Shown piece by piece: positions 1 through 15,850 of a DNA stretch of 64,000 nt. Under the pieces are notes generated by a model that saw only the letters and a program-made list of their open reading frames with translations, ran no database searches and had not been told where the DNA came from. A program made the position numbers and the translations under genes. This DNA is from the human T2T-CHM13v2.0 reference genome, Homo sapiens, in contig CP086569.2 of NCBI GenBank assembly GCA_009914755.4, positions 3,328,001 through 3,392,000 of the forward strand. The letters are read 5' to 3'. Numbering within the stretch: the first letter of the stretch is position 1; the number at the start of each line of letters is the position of its first letter.

Positions 1-2466
1 CAATGGAAAACTATGAAAACTCGATTTAGGCAGGATTGCTAAGGGCTCAAATACTTCAGAAGTAAAGGCTTGGTCATTTCCTAAAGCTAAGTGCCATGTT
101 CAGCTTATGTGCTTGCAATGGGCAAAGGGAATATGGAATGGGTAGTCAAAGAAGGTAGTTTTTGAATAAAAGTTTGACCACATGACCAGTTGCAGGAATA
201 ATTCCTATGATTATTTTTTTCATATTTTTTATGAATGTTTGTATGTTTATGTGTATGGACTTATTATCTTTATTTACTCTCTGTTATCTTATTATCATAT
301 GACATATAATATATTAATGTTCCATTATCATATTTAAGTGTTGTTAAGTTTAAATTTTAGTATCACATTACAGGATATGAAGAATAGGAGTGAACATTGC
401 CGAGGACTTCAAATTTTTTTTTTGTTGGAGAAAGAGTTAGTGAATTTTTTGTTGTGCACAGAGTGATTATATCATGTTAGGTGGAAGTATGACTTTGTCA
501 TTGTCTTTATTTTGAGGTAAGTGTGGGTTAATGAGATGTAGATGGGTGTCAAGTTGACAGGTGGTGAACTAGATTATTAAACTGTATGTGTCAAATAAGT
601 TAGACTATGATGTCCAGTTGTTTGGTTAAACACTAGTCTAAACCATTCTGTGCAGGTATTTTTTTAGATGTGATTAACCTTGTTTTCAGTTGACTTTAAC
701 TAAAGGAGATAACTCTGGATAATATGGAGGATTTTTTCTAAATGGTTGAAGGCCTTAAGCTCAAAAATTGAGGTTTCTCAGAATAGAAGAAAACCTATCT
801 CAAGACTAACAAAATTCCTGCCTGACATTCCATCCTGGAAGCATGTTCTACAATTTTTAGAGTGAAGACTACATCAACTCTTGCCTGAGTTTCCAGCCTG
901 TAGGCGTGTCCTATTGATTTCAGACTTACTAAACTCCACAATCATGTGAACCCATTCCTTAAAGTCTTTCTCTCTCCTTCTCTTAAAATTTTTTCTGAAG
1001 AAATCTGACTGATAAAGTTTCTTAGAATTTTTTTAAGAGGAATTAATGTATATTAAAGTTTATTTTTAAATTATTCTGCATTCATTGAAATGATCATGTA
1101 ATTTTTTATATTTTCATCTTATGATGGAAATATTATCTACATATCTGTACATACACAAAGGGATATTTGTCAGTCACATGTGGCTATCAAGTGCTTGTTG
1201 TATGACTGGTGTGACTATAGAATTCAATGTTTATTTAATTTTTGTTAATTTATATATACAGAGTTTGCCACATATAGCTAGTGCTATCATTCTGAGGCAT
1301 TAGGCAAATGCTTTCATAGAAATATCAGCTACGGATCCTCAGCTCATCTCTGAAAACTTGTCACTTCCTGGAAATTCATTTCCCTAGTTATCATGGCTTC
1401 TAAAGTTTTCTAATGCCTTAAAATACAGTTTTTGTAATATATCTGGTTTTTCTACTTGTTCTCAGAGAAAGCACTCCATATCATCTCTTTCAGAAATAAA
1501 ATTTGTAAAACTATTTTTAATATAGATTGAGTAAATTATACCTCCACTTCTAATACATACTGAAGTTTTTTGTTCTTTTTGGCTCTATTTTGTCCTAATT
1601 ATTCTCCATTACTGAGGCAAGACTTTCCTGATTGCAGTATCCATTGTCCTGTGAATTATGTGTTTTTCCTCTGTGGCTTGTGGGAACATGCATATTTTCC
1701 AGCCCTGTGTAAACACAAGACACTATTCCTTTAAAATAACTTTTCCCTAGTATTGGTTAGTTGCCTCACACATCTGCACTGATCACTACTTTTATGAAAT
1801 ATTTGAAATCAGGCCATCTGAAGAACTATGGAATTATCTCAGTGTGCAGCTCTCTTCTCTCTGCTATGTTGTCATGCAAATTCTAGTTCTCTTGGTCTGC
1901 CCAGTGTCTTAACTCCCTGTCTTTTACTCCCTGAATCCACCACTATTGTTATTAGATTGTCATACCCGAGCCATGGCCTAGAAAATTTCTTAAGGCAAGA
2001 AACTGGGGTGATGTAGGTCTTACCTTGTTTATTTCCTGGCTGACTCTCTGGGATCACTGTCCTTTGCTTGAAGTTCAGTGTCTTGAAAATCATCTTTCAT
2101 ATATTGTATCTAAATTTTTTGTTTGTTTGTTTCAGATGGCAAGTTATATCCTATGTTACTCCATGTTGGTCAGAAGTGGAAATATCTGATAAGGCTATAA
2201 TTAGGTAATTTTAACATATAAGGCAATGAACACACACTTTTACTTATATTTTTATGGTCTTGGTTTATAAACTAAAACAACAGCAACAACAAAAATAAAC
2301 AAGCAAAAACTAGAAACAAATCCAAAAAAGAAAACAACTCAACTTACTACTGAAGTGTTTGACACCTTAAAAGAATATGTGAAAATAATTCTACACAGAA
2401 AGACAAGCATCATGAAACATTATAAATCCACCAGAAAGGTTAATAAAGATCATAAAAAGGAAGTAA

Positions 2467-2727
<261 letters not shown>

Positions 2728-3855
2728 TATTTTAAGTAACCATATTAAATATTTTATCCCAAAGATACTAAAAATCTGAAATTTTTACTTCTCCTGGTTA
2801 GGATGGTAATTTGCTATAAAGCAATATTTATTATATAACTTTTAGAAAGACCTCCATGTAATTGTAGATACACTCATGTGGATAAAATAGGATTAGAAAA
2901 CACACCTTCAAATGTTCACAGAAATAATTTGAAAATTGTGTGTGATAACTTGAATGAAATTAAAACCCAAACTTATTTTAGAACTCTGTCAGCAGATATG
3001 CTGTATTTCAGATAGTAGTGGTGGAACCGTAAACATTTACTAAGTGGCAGTTTTTTAAAAAACCTGTCATTTTATTGTTGATTTCCCTACTGGTGGAGTA
3101 AATAAACATATAACAGAAAATTATTTTTATTTTAACTATTAATAGTTACCTTACCATTAGATTTCTGGCAAACTATCACTTACAAAATCAGTGTCCGTCA
3201 ACAACATTGATTTCCTTTTGCTTTGTCATGCTATATTTGAATATTTTTTCACATTTTCAGTAATTTTGGCTTTCAAAGTACTGGTTAAATATTAGTATAA
3301 TATTTGAGAGAACACATTTTATGATCAGTGACAATGGTCAAATTTACTCATTTTAGATACTATATTAATGCATATTGTTTAATTTATGACATATTCCTGA
3401 AAAAATTAGTAAAATAAAACATGTTAAATTCAATAGTCCTCTGCCAATAACTATAATGTGTGCAATTAGCTTTTTATTAAAGCCATTTATTTATCTTCTT
3501 GTTCATAAATAATAGAAGCCGTGGAATATGATACTTTATTAGGCTAATAATAATGATCCAAACTATTATAAAATCTAGAAGTCATTACTATATCATAGAG
3601 TAGAAATTTGATTATCTTTAAAATATTTTAAAACGTGAAGTGCATAGCATACATTTTCCAATGTCTTAAGAAAATATTTTCTGTATGGTTTACGCAGTAT
3701 GTAGGTATTAATCAGACTATCCATTTATGAAAAGCATTCCACTCCATGTGTCAGTTAAATAAAAGATTAAAATTATCTATTTCTGCTTAAATGCATGTTT
3801 TTCTTTAGGACTCCAAATGTTTTTAACTGACTGTTTTTTAAAATTGGCACCATTA

Positions 3856-4169
<314 letters not shown>

Positions 4170-4320
4170 TTAACATTTGTTTTATCATGTTTTTAAAATT
4201 TAAACTTTCAATTTTAGAATAGTTTTAAATACGTAGAAAAATCGTGTTTCCTGTATCTTATCCATTCTCCCATATTGTTAACATTTTATATGACTTTGAT
4301 GCATTAAGGAACCAACATCA

Positions 4321-4440
4321 GCAAAATACTATATATATATAAAATATATACATATTATATATAATATACTATGTATTATATACACTATATATTATATACC
4401 ATATATTTTATACACTATTATATATAGTATATACATTATG
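4321..4440. repeat. Imperfect (TA)n / (TATATA)-rich simple repeat
   Basis: Run of atatatatataaaatatatacatattatatataatatactatgtattatatacactatatatt... Confidence 0.7.
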
Positions 4441-5039
4441 TGTATACTTTACACATTATTTAGACTTTAATAGTTATTTCTTAATGTCATTTTCAAGAAT
4501 TTCAATCAGAATTGACATTACATTTAGTCATTTCTTAGTCCGATATGATCTGTGACAGTTCTGAGACATTTTCCTTTTGATAACTTTAAGAATTTTACAT
4601 ACTACTGGTCAGACATTTTATAGAATATTGCTCAATTTTTTTTTAAGTTTGCTTTGTTTGTTTGGCACTCGGAGGCTATGAGTTTTGGAGAAGACCACAG
4701 ATACAAAGTGCCATTCATTACATCATATCAAGGGTTTTAAACACTTTTGTATTTTCTGGCACTGTAAGTTGCTTCAGGATAATTTTTGTGTATTTCTTAC
4801 CCTAATTCTAAAATCGGCTTTTACTACAAGTATTCCTGGTTCTTTTATTGGAAAACTGTATTAGAAACTAAAATCACAACACTAGTCATGCCTGTTCTTA
4901 CTGAGATGCTTTTGTTTCTAGGCCCTATCAGGGAATACAAACAAAATTTTACATATACTCACTCATGTATATACATATACCTTTACCTATTTCTGCATGT
5001 AACCAACTATGTTTATGTTAAGCTGATCATTAAAAAATT

Positions 5040-6945
5040 ATTTTATTGAGGTATGACTGACACTTTAAAAGCCATCATTATACTTAAGCTAATCATAAAT
5101 TAATACTATAATCTTCAACTTTATTATCACGTGGATTATTCGAGCCCACTTTCTTTGCATATCTGTAACTCCCAACTACAACAGTGAAAAAGCTGGCTCA
5201 TATCAGTCAATATCAATTAACTTATTTGTTCAATTCCAGTACAAGTGTATAGTGGTTTCAGTAGTGTTAACCCATGTGCCCATGGAAAACAACTTTATCA
5301 GTTAGAATAAAGTGTATGTGGATATTTCCTTTTATCCATCTTACAGCTTTTTCATTTGTTTTTATAACTATTACCTCTTTGAGATATAATTCACATACCA
5401 TGAAATTCATCCCTTTAAAATGTACAAATTAGAAGTCTTTAGTATAGTCACAAAATTATGCAGTCATTACCACTACCTAATTTTAGAAAATAATTATTAC
5501 TTTGAAAAGAAACCCTGTACCCAATAGCCTCGATACCCTATTCCTTCTTCAACCAAGTCTTAGACAATCTTTAATTTACTTTTTGCCTCTACAGATTTGC
5601 CTTTGAATTGAATCATAAAAAAGTGGTCCTTTGTGAGAGTATTATTTTGCTTAGCACATCTTTTGATGTTCTTTCATGATCTGTAGCATTTATCAGTACT
5701 CCACTATTATTTTTTCTTGGTTAACTTAAAAAAAATAATGTACCATATTTTTCAGGAGTTTAAGGCTAATAGAAAAAGAACAGAAGTATCTTTGTTACAA
5801 TTGATGAGCCAATATTAATGCATTATTAACTGAAGTCCTCAGTTTATGTTATAGGTCTCACTTTGTGTTTTACATTCTATGGGTTTGGACAAATGTATAA
5901 TGACATATATCTACAATTACATTATCATACAGAATAGTTTCAGTGCCATAAAAATCCTATGTGCTCCATATATTACAGAAATTTCTACCAATCACTAATC
6001 TTCTTATTCTCAGAATAGTTTTGCTTTTTCCAGAAGGTCATATCCTTAAAATTATACAGGTATGTTGCCTTCTCAGATTAGTTTATTTCACTTAGCAATA
6101 TACATTTAAAGTTCTTCTATTTTTCTCCGATAGTTTTTTTAAAACCACTGAATATTCCATTGCATGCATATATGACAGTTTGGTTACCTATACACCTATT
6201 AAAAACATTTTGGTTGCTTTTAAATTTATTCCATTATGAAAAGAGCTGCTATGAAGATTTATGTGCAGATTTTAGTGTAAATGTAAGTTTCCAACTTCTT
6301 TGGGTAAATATTAAGGAGCAGAATTTCTGGGTCATATGGTAAGAGCACGTTTAGTTATGCAAGAAACTGCCACTCTTTTTCCCAAATATCTGTACAATTT
6401 TGTATTTTTACCAGCAATAAATGAGAGTACCTGTTGTTACATATCCTTATTATCATTTGATGCTGTCGGTCTTTTAAATTTTTCCCATTCTAATAGGTGT
6501 ATAGTGGTATTATATTGTTTTAATCTGCAATTCTCTAATGATATATTTTTGTATGCTCATATGCAATTATGCCATCTGTATGCCTTCTTAGGGAAGCTTT
6601 CTATTCATATTTTTAGATTTTTTTTATTGTTTTTTTTTTTCTTGAGACCTAAGTGTTTTTTGCATATTTCAGGTATCAGTCATTTATCAATGTGTTTTGC
6701 AAATATGTTCCTTTAGTGGCTTTTCTTCTCTTTCTCTTAACAGTATTTTTGATAGAGAATAAGCATTTACATTTAATTAAGTCCAGTTTACCTACCTTTT
6801 ATTTCCTGGATCAGGCTTTTTGTCTTATATGTAAAAAGTCATCACCAAATCCAAGATCATTTAGGTTTCCTCCTACATGTTTTGCTAAGAGGGTTTTTAG
6901 TTTTTTGTTTTGTGGTCATGTCAACTTTTTTTTTAACTTTTATTT
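5040..6945 (-). mobile_element. Ancient L1 (L1M-type) 3' region in antisense orientation
   Basis: Starts with ttttattgaggtat... typical of L1M 3'UTR antisense, followed by the ccactgaatattccattg...ttgggtaaata...gcagaatttctgggtcatatggtaag...ctgccactctttttcccaaa antisense ORF2 C-terminal block. Confidence 0.55.
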
Positions 6946-7760
6946 TAGGTTTGGGGGTACATGTGCAGGATTGTTATATAAGTAACTTGTGTGTCATGGG
7001 TTTTGGGTGTACAGATTATACATTTTACATTTAGTTGTATCGTTTATTTTTAGTTAATTTTTGTGAAAGTAGTAAGATTATTATTATTTTTGAACATGTA
7101 TGTACAGTTTTCCAGCACCATTTCTTGAAAAGAATATCCTTTTCCCATGAACTGCTTTCACTCTTTTATCAAAAATCAATTGATAACATTAGTATGGATC
7201 TATTTTGGGGCTCTCTGTGCTTTCTATTGAATCTACTTGTCCATTGTTAGTATCACACTATTTTATTAATGCAGCTTTATAACGAGTATTGAAGTTATAT
7301 AGTGTCAGTCATCCAACTTTGTTCTTGTTCAAAATTGTGTCAGCTATCCTATATCTTTTGTCATTTCATATAAACTTTAGAATATTTGTGAATGTTCACA
7401 ATATACCTAATTTTCATTTTTATTCTGATTGTGTTGAATCTTGAAATCAAGTTAGGAAAATAGCCATCTTGACAATATTGAGTCTTTCTGTCCGTGTATG
7501 AGATATCTTTCCTTTCAGTTAGATATTCAGTTATTTCTTTAATCACAGTTTTATAAATTTTTTCATATAGAAATAACAAATATCTTGTCCATATTTTGTT
7601 AGCTTTGTGACTATTTCAGGATTTTTTAGGTGGTACGATACATGATATTGAGTTTTTAATTTCAAATTCCATTGTTCATTGCTGGTACATGAGGCATCAA
7701 TTGACTTTTGTATATTAACCTTGTATCCTAAAAACTTATTAAAATCCCAATTATTAAAAC
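6945..7760 (-). mobile_element. L1 fragments in antisense orientation: a short L1 3'-terminal piece (gggtacatgtgcagga) followed by an ORF2-middle antisense segment
   Basis: ttttaggtttgggggtacatgtgcaggattgtta (L1 3' end antisense); cagttttccagcaccatttcttgaaaagaatatccttttccc (L1 ORF2 antisense). Confidence 0.5.
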
Positions 7761-8450
7761 CTCATATCTGTCAGAATAAGTAGTATCCAAAAGATGAAAG
7801 ATAACAAGTTTTAGCCAGGATGTGGAGAAAAGGAAACCCTGATATACTGTCAGTGGAAATGTAAATTAGTACAGCCACTATGATAAGGAGTATGAAGTTT
7901 CTCTAAAAGCTAAAAATAGAATTATCACATGGTTCAGCAATACCTCTTCTGAGTATATATCCAAAGAAATTGACGCCAGTATGTTGAAGATAAATCTGCA
8001 CTCCCATTTTCATTGTAGCATTATTCACAATATCCAAGATATGGAAGCAACTTAAGTGTCCATTAATGGATAAATGGATAAAGAAAATATGGTATATATA
8101 CATAATGGGATAAAAAGGGGAATTCTGTCATTTTCAACAACATTGGTGAACCTGGAGGAAACTGTGCTAAGTGAAATAAACCAGACAGAAAGATAAATAC
8201 TGCATGATCTCACTTACATATGCTGAATGTAAACAATGTCAACTTAAAGAAGTAGAGAGTAGAATGGTGATTACTAGAGGCTTGGAATGGGGGTGGGGAA
8301 AGGGGAAATATCTGTCAAAGGATACAAAGTTTTAGACAGGAGGAATAAATTTTAGTGACCAGTTTCATAGCATGATGACTACAGTTAATAATAATTTATA
8401 TTTCAAAATCCCTAAAAGAGTTCAATTTTAAAAGTTCTCCACACACAAAA
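7760..8450 (+). mobile_element. L1 (L1M/L1PB-type) 3' end of ORF2 plus 3'UTR, sense orientation
   Basis: Translated motifs of the ORF2 C-terminus (QPKCPSMDEWIKKMWYIYTMEYYSAIKK..., FATTWMELEETVLSEINQTERQILHDLTYMLNV), then an A-rich end. Confidence 0.55.
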
Positions 8451-8902
8451 TTGAAAAACAGGCAAGATGAAAGATAAGTTAATTAGCTTGATTTAATTAT
8501 TCTACAATGGTTTATCAAAACATCACACTGTATTCCATAAGCATATAATTACTGTAAATTAAAAATAAAACATAATAAAAAATAAATTTGTTAGAGTGTG
8601 CTTTATGCTCAAAACTGTGGTGTATCCTGGTGAATGCTCTGTGTGAAATTAGGAAGCATGTGTATTATGCTGCTGTTGGATAAAATGTTCTATAAATATC
8701 AATTACATATAGTTTAATGGTGGTTCTGTTCTGTTCAACTGTATCATTACTATTTTCTGCCTGCTAGATCTGGCAATTACTGATAGAGAAGTGTTGAAAT
8801 GTTGAACTATAATGCTGGATTTCTCTATTCCTCCTTGCAGATCCTCATATATTATGATGCTTTATTGTTAGGCACATACATTTTATGGATTGTTATTTCT
8901 AC

Positions 8903-8999
8903 TTAGAGGATTAACCCAGGCTTGAACTCCTGAGCTCAAGTGATGTGCCCAACTCAGCCTCCCAAAGTTCTGGGAGTACAGGCATGAGCCACTGTGCCA
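8903..8999 (-). mobile_element. Alu left-monomer fragment (FLAM-like, about 95 bp), antisense
   Basis: cttgaactcctgagctcaagtgatgtgcccaactcagcctcccaaagttctgggagtacaggcatgagccactgtgccaggc is the reverse complement of Alu positions about 1-95. Confidence 0.6.
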
Positions 9000-11900
9000 G
9001 GCTCCTCCCTACTTTGTAGTCTCCAGTGTCTATTGTTTCCATCTTTATGTCCATGTGTATTTATTGTTTCCCTCTCACTTATAAGTGAAAACATGTGTTA
9101 TTTGATTTTCTGTTTCTGTATTATTTCACTTAAGAAAATGTCCTCCAGCTGCATCCATGTTTCTGGAAAGGACATAATTTCATTCTTTTTAATGGCTGTT
9201 TAGCATTCCTTCATGTGTATGTACCGAATTTTCATTATCCATTTTTCCATTGATGAACATGTAGGTTGATTTCATGTCTTTGCTATTATAAATAGTGCTG
9301 TGATAAACATACAAGTTTCTTTTTCTTTGGGGACATACCTAATAGTGGGATTGCTGGATCAAATGGTAGCTCTATTTTTAGTTCTTTGAGACATTTCCAC
9401 ACTGTTTTCCATAGAGGTTGTACTAGTATGCATACCCACTAACAGTGAATAAGCATCCCCATTTTCCTGCATCCACAAAAACATCTTTTTTTTTTTTACT
9501 TTTAAATAATAGCCACTTTGAGTGGTATGAGATGGTATCTAATTGTGGTTTTGATTTGCATTTCTCTGATGATTAGTGATGTTGAGCATTTTTTTTCTTA
9601 TATTTCTTGACTGTGTATGCTTTCTTTTGAGAAGTGTCATTTTATGTCCTTTTCCCACTTTTTAAGAATTCTTTTTTTATTTTTTGTTGATTTGTTAGTT
9701 TCTTATAAATTCTTTATTTTAGTCCTTTATAGGATGTATCATTTGTGACTACTTTCTCTCATTCTGTAGATTGTCTGTGTACTCTATTGACAGTTTATTT
9801 TGGTGTGAAGAAGCTCTTTAGTTTAAGTTCCATTTGTCAATTTTTATTTTGTTGCATTTGCTATTGAGGTCTTAGTCATAAATTATTTTCCTAGGCCAAT
9901 GTCCAGAAGAGTTTTTCCTAGGTTTCTTCTAGGACTTCTGTAGTTCAAGTCTCATATTCAAGTCTTTAATCTTTAGTTGATTTTTGTATACAGTGAGAGA
10001 TAGGGGTCCAGTTCTACTCTTTTGCATATGGCTAGCCAGTTTTCCCAGCATCATTTATTGAATGGCTTGCACGTTCTTTCACCATTGTTTATCTTTGTTG
10101 ACGTTGTCAAACATCAATAAGATGTAGCTGTGTGGCTTTATTTCTGGGTTCTCAATTCTGTTCCGTTGGTATGTGTGTCTGATTTTTACTTGCACCATGC
10201 TCTTCTGGTTACTATAACCTTGTAGAATAGTATGAATTTGGGTGATGTGGTATCTCTGGCTTTGTTCATTTTGCTTAGGATTGCTTTGGCTATTTGGGCT
10301 CCTTTTTTGGTTCCATATGAGTTTTAGAATAGTTTTTTCTAATCTGTGAATGATGGTAATTTGATAGAAATTGCATGACTCTGTAGATTGCTCTTGGCAG
10401 TAAGGTCATTTTATCAATATTGATTCATCCAGTCCTTGAACATGGAACTTTTTTTCATTTGTTTATATCATCTATGGTTTATTTCAGCAATGCTTTGTGG
10501 TTCCGCTTTTGGAGGTTTTTTACCTACTTGGTTAAATGTATTCCTAGGTATTATTTTTTGGTGGCTATTGTAAATGTCGTTGCATTCTTGATTTGGTTCT
10601 CAGCTTGAATGTTATTGTTGTATATTGCTATTAATGTTTGTATTTTGATTTTGTACTCTAAACCTTTACTGAAGGTAAAGATAGATATCTGATGATCTTA
10701 GATAATGTGACTTCCTCTTTTCCTATATGGATGTCTTTTTTTTTTTTTCCTCTCACCTGATTGCTCTGGCTAGGAATTCCAGTACTACATTGAATAGGCC
10801 TGGTGAAAATAGACAAACTTGTCTTTTCCTAGTTTTTAAGGGGGATACCTCCAACTTTTGCCCATTCAGTATGATGTTGGCTGTGGGTTTGTCATACATG
10901 ACTCTTATTATTTTGAGACATGTTCCCTGTATGCCTAGTTTGTTGAAAGGTTTTTTTTTATTATGAAGGGATGTTGGATTTAATCAAATGTTCTTTCAGC
11001 ATCTATTGAGATAATATGTTTTTATTTTTAATTCTATTTATGTGGTGAATCACGTATATTGAGTCACATATGTTAAAGCATCCTTGCATTTCTGGAATAA
11101 AGCCCAATTTATGCTGCTATATTCAGTTTGCTAGTATTTGTGTGAGGACTTTTGTGACTAGGTTAATCAGGAATATTGACCTGTAGTGTCCAATTTTTGT
11201 TTTGTCCTTGCCAGATTTTGGTATCTGGAAGAAACTGGTTTTATAGAATAATTTAGAGAGGAATCCCCTCTCCTTGAATCTGTCTGATTCAGGGAATTTT
11301 TTGGTAGATCTATTTTTTGTTACTGATTCAGTTTTGTAACTCATTATTGGTCTGTTCAGTATTTTAATTTCTTCCTGGTTCACTCTTGGAAAGTTGTGTA
11401 TCTCCAGTAATTTATCCATTTCCTGTAGGTTATCTACTTTGTGCCCACAGAAGTATTACTAATAGTCTCTGAGGATCTTTTTATTTCTGTGGTATCAATT
11501 TTAGTGTCACCTCTGTCATTTTTATTTTGCTTACTTGGATTTTCTCTTTTGTTCTTAGTTAGTCTATCTAGCAGTGTATCAATACTGTTTATCCTTTCAA
11601 AGAACCATTTTTTATTGATCCTTTGTATGATTTCCTTTGTCTCGATTTTATTTAGTTCTTCTCTGATATCAGTTCTTTATTTTCTTTCGCTAGCTTTTCA
11701 TTTAGTTTGTTTTTGTTTTTTTCCAGTTCCTTTAGGTGTGATGTTGGTTTGTTAAGTCTTTCTGTCTTCTTGATTTATGTATTTAGCGCTATAAACTTTC
11801 CTCTTACACTGCTTTTGCTGTATTTAGGAAGTTTTGGTAATTTGTGTCTCTGTGTTCCTTTTTCAAAGATTTTTTTGATATCTGTCTTAATTTTGTGTTT

Positions 11901-14400
11901 ACCCAAAAGTCATTGATATCTGTCTTAATTTTGTGTTTACCCAAAAGTCATTTAGGAGCTAGTTGTTTAGTTTCCATGTATTTGTGTGGTTTTGAGAGTT
12001 CCTTGTGGGATTCAGTTCTAATTTTATTCCACTGTAGTCCAAGAATATGCTTGATATGATTTCAATATTTTTTGTATTTATTGAGACTTGCTTTATAACT
12101 GAGCATGTGGTCAATCTTAGAGAATGTATTAGGCAGATGAGAAGAATGTATACTCTGTGATTGTTGGGTGGAGTATTTTGTAAATATCTATTAGGTCTAT
12201 TTGGTGAATAACTCAATTTAAGTCCAAATTTTCTTTGTTAGTTTTCTGCCCCAGTGATCTGTCTAATGCTAGCAGTAGGGTATTGAAGTCTGTCACAATT
12301 ATTATTGTTTGGCTGTCTATCTCTTTTCTTAGTTCTTGGAGTATTTGTTTCCTAAATCTAGGTGCTTTCATGTTGGGTAAGTATATGCTTAGGATAGATA
12401 AATATTCTTGTTGAATTGAACCCTGTATCATTATACAATGCCCTTCTTTGTTTCTTTTTACCATTTTTGGTATAAAGTCTGTTTAATCTCATACAAGAAT
12501 AGCAACCCCTGACTCTTTTTTGTTTCCATTTTCATAATAGATATTTTTCCATCTCTTTACTTTGAGCATGTGGGGTATCCTTACTCATGAGTTAGGTTTC
12601 TGGAAGTAAGCAGAAGCTTGGGCCTTGTTTTCTGAATCAATTTGCTATCTATGTCTCTTAAGTGGAGCGTTTAAGCTTCTTAGGTTCAAGGGTCTCATTC
12701 CTGACATATTGTTAATTTGTTTCTTTCTAATCTCAATTATGTAATTGATTTTTAGAATCTGTTAGCTTTGCACTTACATGTGCTTTTATGGTAGCAAGTA
12801 TCATTCTTTCATTTTTCATGTTTAGGAGTCCTTTGAGCATTTCCTGTAAGTCTGGTATGTTGTATCTTTTTTTCTAATTAGTTTCAAGGAATTTCTTGAT
12901 TTCTGTCTTTATTTCATTGTTTACTCAGAAGTTATTCAGAAGCAGGTTGTTTAATTCCCATTTAATTGTATGGTTTTGAGTTATTTTCTTAGGATTGGTT
13001 TCTATTTTTATTGCACTGTGGTCTGATGATGTGGTCGATATAATTTCATTTTTTTATTAGCTGAGAGTTATCTTATGGCCAATTGTGTGGTCAGTTTTAG
13101 AGTATGTGCCATGTGCAGACGAGAAGAATGTATATTCTGTTGATTTTATGTGGAGAGTTCTGTAGATGTCTATTATGTCCATTTCCTCAAGGGTTGAGTT
13201 AAGGTCCCAAATCTCTTTGTTATTTTTTTGCCTCAATGATCTGTCTAATACTGTCAGTGGGGTGTTAAAGTCTTCCATTCTTATTGTGTTGTTATCTAAA
13301 TCTCTTCATAGGTCTCTAAGAACTTGCTTTATATATCTGAGTGCTCCTGTATTGGGTGTATATATTTTTAGGATAGGTCTTCTTGTTGAGTTTAGCCCTT
13401 TAACATTATGTAATGCTCTTTTTTGTGTTTTTTGATTTTTGTTAGCTTAAAGTCTGTTTTGTATGATATTAGAATAGGAACTCCTGCTTTTCCTTTTTTT
13501 TTTTTTTGGTTTTTGTTTTTTTGGTAAATTTTTCTCCATCCCTTTACTTTGAGCCTATGGGTGTCATTGCCTGTGAGATGAGTATCTTGAAGACGGTATG
13601 CAATTGGGTTTTACTTCTTTATGCAACTTGCCGCTCTGTGCCTTTCAACTGGGGCATTTAGCCCATTTACATTCAGGGTTATTATTGACGTAAGTGGATG
13701 TGATCCTGTTATGTTGTTAGCTGGTTATTATGCAGACTTGTTTGTGTCATTGCTTTATAGTGTCACTGGTCTATGTACTTAAGTGTTTTTTTGTAGTGGC
13801 TAGTCACAGCCTTTCCTTTTCATATTTATCACTCCCTTAAGTAACTATTGTAAGGCACGTCTGGTGGTAATAAATTTCCTAAGCATTTTCTTGTCGAAAA
13901 AGATCTTATTTTTTCTTCACTTATAAAGCTTAGTTTGACCTGATATAAAATTCTTGGTTGAGAATTATTTCCTTTATGAATGCTGTATATAGGCCCTCAA
14001 TCTCCTCTGGCCTATATGGTTTCATCTGACAGGTCTTCTTTTAGCCTGATGGGGCTCCCTTTGTAGGAGACCTGCCCTTCTCTCTAGCTGCTTTTAACAT
14101 TTTCCTTTCATTTCAACCTTGGAGAATCTGATGAGTAGTGTCTTGGGAATGGTCTTCTTGTGTAGTATTTCTCAGGAGTTCTCTGCTTTTCATGAATTTG
14201 AATGTTGACCTCTATAGCAAGTCTGGGGAAATTTTCAAGGACAATATCCTGAAATATGTTTCCCAAGATGCATTTTTTCCCTCCTTGTCTCTCAGGAATG
14301 CCAATGAGTCATAGATTGGGTCTCTTTACATAATCTTATATTTCTTCAAGGTTTTGTTCATTCTTTTTAATTTTTTTTTATATTTTTCTCTTACTGAGGT
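9000..14400 (-). mobile_element. Composite of at least two L1 (L1P/L1M-type) copies in antisense orientation: copy X about 9000-12850 (3' end through ORF2 N-terminus) and copy Y about 12850-14400 (ORF2 5' end plus ORF1 region)
   Basis: Minus-strand ORFs 11123-11419 (RT N-terminal motif LNQEEI..LNRPI...[15 protein letters not shown]), 12213-12464 and 13057-13278 (two separate endonuclease-domain ends, FNTPL..LDRS.RQK.NKE). 9000-9500 is antisense of the ORF2 C-terminus (tgttctcacttataagtgaaaacatgtg). The two ORF2-5' regions are only about 75% identical, so they are different insertions. Confidence 0.7.
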
Positions 14401-14899
14401 ACTTCAGAGATTCAGTCTTCAAACTCTGAGATTGATTTATTATCTTGGTCAGTTCTACCATTAATACTTGTGATTTCATTGCAAAATTTCTGTAGAGTGT
14501 TTTTTAGCTCTATCAGATCAGTGTTCTTTCTTATTATGACTGTTTTGTCTATCGGCCTCTGTATTGTTTTATTGTAATTGTTATATTCCTTGGATTGGAT
14601 GTTAATGATCTTTCTTGCCATCTGTATTCTGAATTCTATTTCTGTCATTACTGCCATCTCATTCTGTGTAAGAACCATTGCTGGGGAACTAGTGTGATTA
14701 TTTGAAGGTAAGAAGAAACTCTGGTCTTTTTAGTTGTCAGAGTTCTTGTGCTAGTTTTCTTCTCATCTTTAAGGGCTGATGCTCCTTCAATCTTTGAGGT
14801 TCCGGACCTTTGAATTTTTTCTTTTATCATGTCTGATGTTCTTGGTGGGTTGACTGTGGTATAAGGTGGGCTCAGTAGATCGGCTTTATTTCTGGAGGA

Positions 14900-15849
<950 letters not shown>

Positions 15850-15850
<1 letters not shown>

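Noticed and set aside
2230-2460. A/C-rich segment (acaacagcaacaacaaaaataaacaagcaaaaactagaaacaaatccaaaaaagaaaacaactcaac...) and an 80-aa ORF at 2355-2597
   Set aside because: It is low-complexity A-rich sequence, possibly the tail of an old retroelement. The ORF runs into the antisense Alu (…[18 protein letters not shown]…), so it is spurious.
6336-6985. Two overlapping plus-strand ORFs of 126 and 110 aa, rich in F/L/I
   Set aside because: They are read from the antisense strand of an L1M 3' region. Extreme AT-richness yields Phe/Leu/Ile-rich chance frames.
11882-11955. Exact 37-bp direct repeat, briefly considered as a minisatellite or CRISPR-like repeat-spacer
   Set aside because: There are only two copies, there is no spacer structure, and it lies inside L1 antisense sequence in a primate genome. 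It is a simple slippage duplication.
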